DNA of 63,907 bases, filler included, from Craspedostauros australis (Eukaryota), in assembly GCA_030167865.1 (NCBI GenBank). It is 14 parts of 14 records of this genome, joined end to end, with 100 filler letters (N's around TTAATTAATTAA, not from the genome) between each part and the next. Parts side by side here need not be neighbours in the genome. Positions count along the whole stretch, not along the records: positions 1 to 20,353 come from JALAGF010003672.1; 13 more parts are not named here. The stretch is one strand, 5' to 3'. Positions 9,301 through 18,202 of the stretch are shown one piece after another. The notes beneath the pieces were generated by a model that was not told the origin of the DNA, searched no databases, and saw nothing but the letters and a program-made list of their open reading frames with translations. The translations under genes were made by a program, and so were the position numbers. How positions within the stretch are numbered: the stretch's first letter is position 1; every line of letters starts with the position of its first letter.

Positions 9301-11607
9301 TTGCAATCGGAAGATGAGAGTATCCCGTTGCCGCCGCTGCACGTGCCTCCATTGGGCAAAGTACTGAGCCTGTTGCGAGTGGGCCAAGCCAGCGCCCGCG
9401 TTTACGGTGACCTGCTTCAGACCATGTATTCCGCCAAGGTCGCAATCGGCTCGCCAAACGATGACTCCACTTCACCGTTCGCGTCATCAAGTCTTCCGCA
9501 GCCGGTGGTAGATTCCATGCTTCTGCTGATGGAGTACGAGAGCGGCCTTGCATCAGATCAGGCATCGTTCGCCGAGCGCTGCGGCAAGGCCATTGAAGCA
9601 ATCGAGAATGTCATCAGTCCCATGTATCATGTCAGTCCAGACTCCAATATCAACTTGGATGAGGATATGGATTTGGATGTCGACGATCTCAGCGCTTCGT
9701 CCTGTATTCCTCGGTCATTCTTGGAAAAGAACGAAGCACCCTGGCGTGGTCGTGTTCGTCCATCTGCCGCAACTGATGCTTACGGCAGAGTTGCGTTGGC
9801 TGCGAAGGAGCTGTCAGATGCGATTGAATGCGACTTCAATGGCGAGCCTGTTGGCCAGAATGGCAGCCCGACTAGTTCGACTTCGAGACCGAAGAACGGC
9901 CTCATCGTCCATGATCTCTTCAACAACCTCGTGGCCGTGAAGCAGATTCCATCGTGGGCAAAAGGAGCAAAGGAAGATTTCTTCTGCCCGAGAGACAGAA
10001 ATGGCAAGATCATGAAGAATCGGCACACCACCGAAAGGGTCCAATCTGCCCTCTCGGAATATGTGACTGCGTGCGACCTCGCATGCCAGGAAGTTGCCGC
10101 CATTCTCACGGAGCTAGCCGATGCGTTGCACGACGATGGCCACATCCCTGCCATCGTGCAGTCAGCGCATTTCAACTTGGTCCTCTCCGCTGCGTTCCAT
10201 CACGCAACGAAGGCAAGGATGTTGGGCTGGTCCATGGCCGAGGTGTTTGAAGTTGAACAAGGCAGTGAAGACCTTGGCAGCGATGTCCACGAAGCTGATA
10301 CTGCATCCTCTTCCAGCACCATCTCCGGCTTCAACTCGCATCCTGACGTCGAGTTTGACCATTCTTCTTCCTCTGGTTCCAACGACAGCCCCGATTCAGC
10401 CCGGTTCGTTGACCTGTGGCCGTACTGGATGGACAAGACGCAAGCCGTATCAAATACATTTGATCTTGATTCCCTCTTCCTTCTGACCGCTCCAAACATG
10501 AGCGGCAAGAGCACGTTGATGAGATCAGCCGCCGCCGCTGCTCTTCTGACAGCTTGCGGACTCTGTGCGCCGGTTGGGCCACAATCCAAGATCCCTCGCT
10601 TCGACACCATCTTTTGCCGTGGCGCAAGCGCCGACGTACCGTCCGAGAACAAGTCGGCCTTCGGCGCCGAGATGGGTGACATCGCAGCTCTTCTTCGCAG
10701 TTGCGGTTCCAAGTCCCTCATCTTCGTTGATGAGCTGGGCAGAGGTACATCGCCCAAGGACGGCACTCGATTAGCCGGCGCGGTGCTGGAGGCGATGGCC
10801 AAGCAAGGAATGAAGGGCTTCTTCGCCACACATCTTCACGATCTGTTGGACCTTCCATTGTTCGCCAAAGATCGCATTCGAACCAAGCAGATGGGAGTCA
10901 TCCGGGGAGCAGCTGCTGACGAAGACGAGGTGGGCGATGCCGGTAACCCGAATATCGGAGCCATTGGCAAGCATGGTGACGGGTATGCATGGACGTACCG
11001 TTTAGAGGATGGCGTGTGCACAGATTCATTGGCCTTGGTAACAGCAGCAAGATTCGGATTGCCGAAGGAGATCATCGACCGAGCCGACTACTTCGCTGGC
11101 TTCCTCCCTGGTCTTGAAGCATCGTCGCCATCAGAAACAGCTGCTGCTGATGGATGCACCAACAGCGAAAGTGACAACGACTTTCAATCCAGTTCTGGCA
11201 CCGCTGCAACAACCGGATCCGCGGACTCGTCGTCATCGACGATGAAAGATTTGACTCTGGATGATGCCGTCAATGTTGCTCGAGAGCTCATTGGCGCGCA
11301 GGCCCAGTTGATTCCACCAAGATGGTGCGCACCTGCCTCCATCGCGTTTGGTCATTCCTGCGTTTACATCGTCGAAGTGAGCGTCAACCCGTCCCGGTTG
11401 TATGTGGGTGAGACCGACAACCTCCAAAACCGCATCGACCAGCATCGCCGTAGATGGTCATCCTCCGGCTGCCCAGTTGCTGTGATTCCAGTTGCCTCGA
11501 AGACAGAATCCCGGGCCTGGGAGAGCCGCATCATCCAGAAGCTCGCGAAGAGCGGGTTCGGGCTCGTCTCGATCAACGACGGCCGCACGTTGCGCCATTT
11601 TCAGTAG
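6343..11607 (+). CDS. MSH1: Plant-type MutS homolog 1 (MutS mismatch domain + ATPase + C-terminal GIY-YIG nuclease) with an extra N-terminal PolA-thumb-like segment
   Basis: 1754-aa intronless ORF. CGDFYETYG (FYE motif, ~7864), Walker A TAPNMSGKST (~10486), SAFGAEM, Walker B IFVDELGRGTS, FFATHLH, GIY-YIG SCVYIVEV...LYVGETDNLQNRIDQHR...WESRIIQKL...INDG. True start codon uncertain. Confidence 0.92.
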   Translation: MMEASIAGEEEVPRSCRQPKERNFTTKRSSSWSQRLIWVVAIGLAAWVLAEPQVSPSCVRELQHPPSAHELVQTAPLTAHPAYHTDPHTEQHLMNSFLAAQRCIHASMNAGSASHNAGRNAKSCDNLKTKLKQISRSQHSKVSSQRGWLSSLRFASSLVVDAYMAPYPSRASRLAANPLTFQNLQHHRPHIVFASGASVGIDNHLFSRSFSAVANQNDVAGLGSHLRSQPQRRSMTRLLSTATPADSSAPQTSTVEERMLQLEKTIADLNDGEAINVNSPKQVSTALFGSPQPAPKATLERIAKGLPASLVDDVPDVRSQQLAQNILLLRVLRKQQSDMAKGTTVASKADAAKSANAEKKDSRAKGEEIPPQYPSPDGKQASGNANARTANRAISHDEWIEYLFANPKCKVDPYWKEPLLRINKSTAQALIPQLDCEQCPMGYDPLGSPHPPSWNRFSLDLGALSSSSPTAARSARSTQGRKGTFLHFCRAEKERHPHCIVLTRCGDFYETYGLDAILLVEHVGLNSMAGKCKAGCPHRNIQATLTAMTQAGFSVAVYEEVSETQLATTPTGGAGSSSAFRGTATGIGSETGSTRRSAVASTGASPSSSKQLKTRVLTQIVSPASPIYLYDQWLLSSADDPQKSLESLPQSRPFVGIISTSNDGYALIKVQMEERTVHVSERLTAEAVACRLAAEPPSDPLIVVLSPTEHQQYRQWTTSPLSSMTPNPSSSSSTGLSMSQWSVLFPFLPASAQSARRSTVTPAAGTTRTMIESSLGGYRLRTSILPPFVIPDAGMGMSDTDRYSSAIINSLLQLGDSGITDFDTTLGEGTDAMGSDVDTMDTDSAYNAAGNDRSLADTKKSGSDRMSNDQSNRIGDGLRMHDFQIVAMSSFSPSISLSSSISTQSTAETETGIAPSSTQQSKTQTNPLYVETAIQLGLLQDKTIPALLLHVMDDSAPIAARQLIQRYLLVPPPPVVADALRTVVASLQSEDESIPLPPLHVPPLGKVLSLLRVGQASARVYGDLLQTMYSAKVAIGSPNDDSTSPFASSSLPQPVVDSMLLLMEYESGLASDQASFAERCGKAIEAIENVISPMYHVSPDSNINLDEDMDLDVDDLSASSCIPRSFLEKNEAPWRGRVRPSAATDAYGRVALAAKELSDAIECDFNGEPVGQNGSPTSSTSRPKNGLIVHDLFNNLVAVKQIPSWAKGAKEDFFCPRDRNGKIMKNRHTTERVQSALSEYVTACDLACQEVAAILTELADALHDDGHIPAIVQSAHFNLVLSAAFHHATKARMLGWSMAEVFEVEQGSEDLGSDVHEADTASSSSTISGFNSHPDVEFDHSSSSGSNDSPDSARFVDLWPYWMDKTQAVSNTFDLDSLFLLTAPNMSGKSTLMRSAAAAALLTACGLCAPVGPQSKIPRFDTIFCRGASADVPSENKSAFGAEMGDIAALLRSCGSKSLIFVDELGRGTSPKDGTRLAGAVLEAMAKQGMKGFFATHLHDLLDLPLFAKDRIRTKQMGVIRGAAADEDEVGDAGNPNIGAIGKHGDGYAWTYRLEDGVCTDSLALVTAARFGLPKEIIDRADYFAGFLPGLEASSPSETAAADGCTNSESDNDFQSSSGTAATTGSADSSSSTMKDLTLDDAVNVARELIGAQAQLIPPRWCAPASIAFGHSCVYIVEVSVNPSRLYVGETDNLQNRIDQHRRRWSSSGCPVAVIPVASKTESRAWESRIIQKLAKSGFGLVSINDGRTLRHFQ

Positions 11608-12027
11608 AGAACTCGTGTGTGAGCAGGAGTGTAGATGGTGGCAAGGGAGAGCTTGCTTTCACCGCCATGGACTAAATCGAAGTGGATTCGATCAGGACAA
11701 ACAAGAAGACGGAGAAGAAGAGGATGACACGTGGTACAAGCATCCTTTTGAACATACTCGGACCATCCAGGTAAACTTTCTACAAGGCAGGATGACACAG
11801 CCATACCAGTCAAACGGCGATGGCGAGTTGCCCTGATGGACACCGAGTTCTCGTCCACGTCACGTTTGCTCTACGAGAATGCTGCGGTGGATCATCATGC
11901 AATGACACCATCCAACGCTGAAGAGTATACATAATTGTTTCATGCATCATGTACTATACTTGATCGAGTCTTTGCTCCTATTGTTTGCTCCTGGTTGTGA
12001 GATCGTTGCAGACCGAAGCGCATCACT

Positions 12028-13938
12028 TCATAGGAATCGCCGTTCGTCGTAAACCTTGAGCGCCGCCATGTAGAATTCGATGGACATGCGATCTGCCCAG
12101 CTGTTGAGCATCCAGCCACCGGTGACGGCATCTCTGGTGAAGATCGAACCATCGGAGGAGACATCGAAGAAGGGACAGTGGGAACCGGTTTTCGTGACGG
12201 CAAGGATAGAGCGTTGCGCCTCGGAGACGAGCTGCGCGAAGGTCTTGGAATCGTGATTCTCGTACGGTGAGGTCTCATAGAGGCTGGCAATGCTGCAGCA
12301 GGGATCATCGACGGCGTTGAGAATGAGCTTGGGTGTCGTGATGTCCGTCATGCCTTGCACTGGGTTGATCTCGTTGTAGTATGCCGTTCGATTTCCGAAT
12401 CCCGAGAAGGGCGCCGCTTCGTGGACGAAGTCCTGCAGGGTGGTGCTGGCCAGTGCTGCATCTACGGCGTCGGAGTCATGCGCACGCAGCAGCTCTTCGT
12501 TATTGCGGATGAAGGTTAGCTTGACCATGGGCAGGAGGATGTCATGGTAGGGCCAGAGGATGCGATCGCGTCCGAGGGTGCGCGAGATGTCGCATCCCGG
12601 AGCGATAGAGACGGAGGCAACAAAGGACGGTGACGGGTGGTCGGGATGCTCCATGTTGCGGCGATCCCATTTGGACAAACTTGTGACGGTGAGTGCCGTG
12701 CCGGACGAGATGCCGTGGAAGAACATGGCGGTGTTGGGTGGCAGGTGCTCGTTCTTGAGATACCAGTAGACCTGCTCGATATCTTCGACGTCGCCGAAGA
12801 GATTCCATCGCGGGCTGTTGAGCGGTTGATCGAGGGTGTGCGCGCGTCTGTTGATGACGACGGATCGAATTCCGACCTCGTAGGCCTTGCGGACGATGGT
12901 GGTGCCCGGGAGATCTTGCGAGTGGCATCTGAGACCGGGGTTGAAGATGATGACCGGCGAGCTGGCGTTGAAGTTCTTGTTGTAGGGCGAATCGACGTCC
13001 TGGAACGGCGGGAACACGTCAATCGTGATTGTCTCCGTCATGTTGATGCTTTCGTGCGTGCTTGAGCGATCACCGTCGCCACGATCCGCTGGTTTTGCAG
13101 ACGTGCGGTGGAGTTGCGACGAGCAGCCGTCGGCGAGCTTGTCGTGACAATCCAAGACAGAAACGTGGAGCCGCTGGTAGGGAATGCCCTGCATCCGATG
13201 GATCTCATTCTGGATCATGAATGGGAAGATCTGCATGTGTCGGTTGCGCAGAATCCAAGGCGGAGAGGGTCCTTTGGCCAGATCTGGCATGAGGTTGAGC
13301 ACCTCCCTTAGCCTTTCATCCGGACCGACAAGTAGATCTGCGAGTTCGTGATCGACAGGAACGTGCTGATTCTCCTGGCTCTCTCCACTCTTCAGAATTT
13401 GCTGACCGTGCAATCGTGATGTCCCATTCCGAGCTGTTGCATTTGTGCTCATGTGACTGTTGTTGTAATTGCCGGGGGGTGCCACATGGAACTCGCTGAG
13501 TCTGGCAGGAGGATCAGCGATGGCCATGAGCAGAAGCAGAATTGTGACAGTGTGATGTCGCACTTGCGAATACGCGGATCCCGTTAGGTTTTCTGGTGGC
13601 GGTTGTGACTGTGATGGTTCTTCCTTGTTGGTCTTTGATGGATCACGTCGGCTCTTTGTCTTGCTTTTGGTATCGTCCGCGATGCTCGCATCGTGTTGGC
13701 TCTGGTTGTGGCTTGCAGATGTGCGAGTATCGCTGGATGGAGCTGCGAGACGACTGATGAGGCCGATGGCAGCAGTCGCAATCCACAGGCAAGTCGAGAC
13801 AGCGAGGTACACGATGTATCCAACTAGCACCAAGAACGCGATGGGTGACACGAGGCTGAGTTCGTAGTCCATCTCCATGACAGCATCGTAGATACTGTGG
13901 ATGAAGGTGTGGGGTGCGATCGTAGCTACACCCGCCAT
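12028..13938 (-). CDS. Alpha/beta hydrolase, ABHD1-3/YheT-like esterase with N-terminal TM
   Basis: WILRNRHMQ, PVIIFNPGL, VVINRRAH, nucleophile elbow GISSG, LNAVDDP, TGSHCPF. Confidence 0.85.
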   Translation of the reverse strand: MAGVATIAPHTFIHSIYDAVMEMDYELSLVSPIAFLVLVGYIVYLAVSTCLWIATAAIGLISRLAAPSSDTRTSASHNQSQHDASIADDTKSKTKSRRDPSKTNKEEPSQSQPPPENLTGSAYSQVRHHTVTILLLLMAIADPPARLSEFHVAPPGNYNNSHMSTNATARNGTSRLHGQQILKSGESQENQHVPVDHELADLLVGPDERLREVLNLMPDLAKGPSPPWILRNRHMQIFPFMIQNEIHRMQGIPYQRLHVSVLDCHDKLADGCSSQLHRTSAKPADRGDGDRSSTHESINMTETITIDVFPPFQDVDSPYNKNFNASSPVIIFNPGLRCHSQDLPGTTIVRKAYEVGIRSVVINRRAHTLDQPLNSPRWNLFGDVEDIEQVYWYLKNEHLPPNTAMFFHGISSGTALTVTSLSKWDRRNMEHPDHPSPSFVASVSIAPGCDISRTLGRDRILWPYHDILLPMVKLTFIRNNEELLRAHDSDAVDAALASTTLQDFVHEAAPFSGFGNRTAYYNEINPVQGMTDITTPKLILNAVDDPCCSIASLYETSPYENHDSKTFAQLVSEAQRSILAVTKTGSHCPFFDVSSDGSIFTRDAVTGGWMLNSWADRMSIEFYMAALKVYDERRFL

Positions 13939-14821
13939 CTTGCCTGTTGCTCTTGGTGCTGCGATCTGTTCCGTTTTGTTCCGCCTGGTTTGGGAGAAAC
14001 AGAGTTCCAGGTTTTATGCCGTGATGGCCTGCGAATGCGCTTCGGTTGGTTGCGGAGCGGATGTCTCGGAAACAGCGTGGTGGATGGGACTTGTGCAGCC
14101 TTGACACCTCCTGTTGATGCCTTTGCTGATGCCTCTTGATGTAAACGATCTTTGGTGCTCCAATTTCGCAGGAGGAAGGGAGAGTTTTGAAACTTCTGGA
14201 GATTGCTGGAGAGAACCCGTTACCTCTCGGAACTGATTTTGTGGCTACTATATGCCGTTGTTCTCAACGAAAGAACATCGCGAGGATCTGCACGTAATGT
14301 TGTGATGATCTCACACGAGCAGAGCAGCCGAGAGCAGAGAAAGAGCGTGGAGCGATGATGTGTGTGCCACTATCCGCCCCACGAGCTTTGGTCATTCTCC
14401 GACGCCCACATCATGGACATCGTCGAAGCGGTTCGTCGTTTCGAGGACGGAAGGTTTGTTCAGGAATTATTGCAAAGGAATCCAACAAACGTGTTGATGG
14501 GTGACGACGTGTCGAAGTATCAATTCCAACTGTGACATTTCTCACTCGGTCACATTTTTCTCATGCACTTGACACGTGTGCTGTGACGCACACGATCAAC
14601 TTTCGACTCAATGGACCACCGCCACGTCCCAAATCCAAATCCAGTTTGGTCTGTTCTGCGAGAATTTCTCGAGAACACGCCACACAAAAGATACGTCCGC
14701 AGAGATGATGGCTCTGATGGCCACTCAACTCCGTCCTGTTCCGCAATTCTGATGTGAGTGCTCTGGGAGCCACCAAATGCAATGGATTGATTGGCGACAT
14801 TGTGGTTGTGGTGCATGTTGA

Positions 14822-16068
14822 ATGCTACCAAGTTACGCACATGTTGTACGACGCAAAACGAAAGACGCAAGACCCAACACAAGGCTGATGATTGGCACCG
14901 CGGTGACTCTCTGCCGTTCTGCCGTTCGTGCATCGTCACGGATCAGAGAATGTGCGTTGCATGCACCAACTCCCTCTGCGAGTGCTCGGCGCGTGCGTGC
15001 ACAGGCCATGGCAATGGCGGCACTGGTCAGCCACTCTTCCGAAGGCCAGCCTCAACATGAACGACAACAGCAACGATATCAGCATGTGCGTCGTCAACGA
15101 GAAGACAATCACCGGTATTTCTCAACGTCGTCATCCTTCAAGCACAAAGGAAGAAGACCAAGGACGCCGCCTCCGCTGTCCTCCTCAGCTTCTGAACCAT
15201 CTCCATTCCAAGTGCTCGATGTACAAACCACGGCAACCAAAGATCAGATCAAGCAGGCGTTTCGAAAGGTAGGAATTGCAGATTGCGACTGAGAGCGCTG
15301 TACGCCATGGTACGTGCGGCATCATCTCTATCAACTTGCTTCGCCCATCCGTATCACTATTCACATAGTGGCTTCGTCGTCTCAATCTCATCAGTCTGCG
15401 CTCTGCCATCGCAAATGCTCACGCCGCGACAGCTCGCCAAACAGTACCACCCCGACATCAATCTGCACAATCTATCGTCGGCGGAAGCGGAACAAAAGAT
15501 GACGCAGATTCTTCGCGCCTACGAACAGCTCCTGGATGATGACATATTTGCGCGCATCGGCAATTCCTCGCGTGTTGCGTTGGCCTGCGAGATCTACACG
15601 ATACCGGAACTGCGTCTGGATAGCATCCATCACGTGCATGCTCTGCAAGTCTCCTATGAAGATGAATCTGAGTCAAGCGCGGCCACGGGTACGTCTTCCG
15701 CCGCGACCGCGTTGTCCATGCACCCCATCTTCCCCATCACAGCGCATCGTGACGACTCCGTATCTGATTTGAAGCGCCTGATCCAGCAGCAATTTGGGCA
15801 GGAATGGGATCTCGCGCAACGTCGGGTGGATCGGGATGGAATCGCATTCGGTTGGGAGCTTGTGTTTTGCACAAACGCGCAGCGTGCCTCGACGTTGGCT
15901 CATGTTGGAATGAAGGATGCATCCACAGAAGCAACGTCGTCGTCATTCGATCAGGTGGTGCTGAGCTACCATCTCTTCTTGGAGGATTACGGCATACAGC
16001 ACAACGATATCCTCCATGCGGTGGTCCGCAAGCAGGACGATTCATCATCGGATCCCGAGAGCAGATGA
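14822..16068 (+). CDS. DnaJ (J-domain) protein with C-terminal ubiquitin-like domain; exons 14822-15268 and 15433-16068
   Basis: SPFQVLDV...QIKQAFRK, intron 15269-15432, then LAKQYHPD...ILRAYEQL. C-terminal DSVSDLKRLIQ...LEDYGIQHNDILHAVVR. Start codon uncertain. Confidence 0.8.
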
Positions 16069-16387
16069 GAATCAGCCACCATACGGTACGGATGCAGCAC
16101 GGTCGCTATCGATGGGAGTTGCATTTCACTCCACTCCGCTCCGCAATCTTGAGTGGCGCTGCGCACCAAGTCATTCGGCAAAGTATTGAAGCCTGCCATA
16201 CATGTCAACCCCTTCACACGGCAAGGAATCTAATGTGTTGCTATCAAGAAGGCCTACGCTCCGATCTTGCGGAGTACGAGCCATTCTACGCTGCAACTTA
16301 CTTGATGAATGTAAAATGTTCTACTTTAGAAAACAAATGGAGCACTTGACTACTCTCTCGGTACCTACGAATACAATGCTCCTGAAA

Positions 16388-17854
16388 TCATGGCAGGTTG
16401 GTCCCGCTTTGACAGATTTTCTTGAACTGTTCATCTTGGATGACCTCACACTTGGATTTCGAATAGGCTTCGCCCGTGGCCATCCTTTGGAATGACATCG
16501 AATAGGACATGCAGTGATTGCGCTGAGCTGAGCGCGAGGCATACGAGCAGACCTTCTCAGCGAGTTCGAAGTCTCCCAGATTCTCCTTCAGCGCTTGCAT
16601 GCCAACCCCACCCGTGCATGAATCCAAGTACCGCGTTTTGGACCTCCTGTTGAGGTTCGTTTCGCAGGCCTCCATGGCACCTTGGTAATCCTTGGGAAAG
16701 TGAAGAAGATACTCCGTCGGGGCGTAGATGTAGCACGTGCTGCTGTGTCCTTGATGTGCCAGATCGCACGCGTCCAAGAACGTGTCCGTGTTGAGATCGG
16801 ATGCAACAGGCGTCGATGCGAAATGATCCATCCAAAGGCCGTTCTCGCAAACGCTCGCCTGGAGGACGGTGGAGTTGTTGCACACATCCACGGCTTCCAC
16901 CAGCGCCGCCCGGATGTGGCGATTCCGAATATTCTGCAGAATGCCATGGCCGACACCGTGGCCGCACTCCCAGGTGCCCTGCGGCACGACACTGTCGTCG
17001 ATGTGATGGCACAGCGTGGATTCGACGTGTTCGATGCTGTCCTTGAAGGAAAGCACCGGCTCTGTTGGTGCGTCGGCACCGTCGTCCTGATGTTGCGGTT
17101 GGCCCGCCATAGCCAGATAGTTCTCGATGACACCGTGCATGAAGGCCGCGTTGCAGGTGCGCAGCAGCAGAGGTTCCTTATCGCGCAGCTCCTTCACGGC
17201 ACCTTCGAAACCGTAGAGGGTCAACGTATGACGCCCGACAACGTGGATCAGCGGATGACAAGATGAGTCAATCTGGTGATCGTTCTTCATGTACTCCAGC
17301 GCCTTCTTCAATGCACGGCGCGGTGAGCGATCGTGAGTGACCATGTCCATGAGCTCTTTGAGAACCTTCTTTCCCTTGTGAGTTTGCAGAAACGCGTACG
17401 AAACAACCTTGCTCTCATCCGCGTCATCCAAGTCATCCGCATCTTTACTGGGTCCCTTGCTGTCGTCAACGCTGCCATCAACGCTGCCATCAACGCTGCT
17501 ATCATTGCTACAATCTGCCTGAATGAGTTCATTTCCTGTGGAAGGCGTCGAATCAACAGTACTGTAGTGCATGATGGATCCCACAACAGCCCCACCCAGA
17601 AGCGCGCCCACCAAAAAGGACAGGAAGATCGCTGTGCAAGATGCATGCCTGGCAGCTTTGCGCCTTGCCTTGCGACTGCGGGTCTCCGAAGGCATCGATT
17701 CCTCGATGAATCCCTCTACTTCCTCATCGTCGCTTGCGTTGTGCGTCGCACTGCGTCCGACCACCGGCATCTCCAGCTCTTCCTCATCGCGGAAGCGTTC
17801 TTCAGAATCGCCTTCGATGACTTCGTCATGGTACTGCCCTCCCATCTTGGCCAC
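16388..17854 (-). CDS. Uncharacterised type II membrane protein with repeated Cys/His (C..HG) motifs
   Basis: 488-aa ORF with TM IFLSFLVGALLGGAVVG, then CHPLIHVVG, CNAAFMHGVIE, CGHGVGHG, CENGLWMD, CTGGVGMQ. Confidence 0.8.
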   Translation of the reverse strand: MAKMGGQYHDEVIEGDSEERFRDEEELEMPVVGRSATHNASDDEEVEGFIEESMPSETRSRKARRKAARHASCTAIFLSFLVGALLGGAVVGSIMHYSTVDSTPSTGNELIQADCSNDSSVDGSVDGSVDDSKGPSKDADDLDDADESKVVSYAFLQTHKGKKVLKELMDMVTHDRSPRRALKKALEYMKNDHQIDSSCHPLIHVVGRHTLTLYGFEGAVKELRDKEPLLLRTCNAAFMHGVIENYLAMAGQPQHQDDGADAPTEPVLSFKDSIEHVESTLCHHIDDSVVPQGTWECGHGVGHGILQNIRNRHIRAALVEAVDVCNNSTVLQASVCENGLWMDHFASTPVASDLNTDTFLDACDLAHQGHSSTCYIYAPTEYLLHFPKDYQGAMEACETNLNRRSKTRYLDSCTGGVGMQALKENLGDFELAEKVCSYASRSAQRNHCMSYSMSFQRMATGEAYSKSKCEVIQDEQFKKICQSGTNLP

Positions 17855-18202
17855 CTTCTATAGTTCAATGCGGATTGTGATTGTTGCAATGCTTCTCTGG
17901 GAACGAGATGCAAGAGAGTACAGTCTCCTCCCTCTCCTCTGGTTTCGCTTTGGAATCTGTGTCGCTTGGGAATGTTTCCCCGAGGATTTGAAGACGCGCT
18001 TGCTCCGTCGATGCATCAGTTCTCGTTTGACATCGAACAATGCGACAGTGCACACACTTCACAACGGTCGCTCCGCGCGCTTCTTTCGTGATGTTTGGTC
18101 TGTTTTTTTTTGTCGTGGTTGGTTCCGTTTGCGCCAAAAATTGGGATGTGGAATCAACATCCGGGTCTCTCGGGATACTCGAAGCGATGATCGAAAACGT
18201 GA

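Noticed and set aside
2731..16068. Mpv17 + MSH1 + DnaJ as an organelle-DNA-maintenance gene cluster
   Set aside because: Mixed orientation and unrelated intervening genes. Organelle-targeted genes are common, so there is no support without synteny data.
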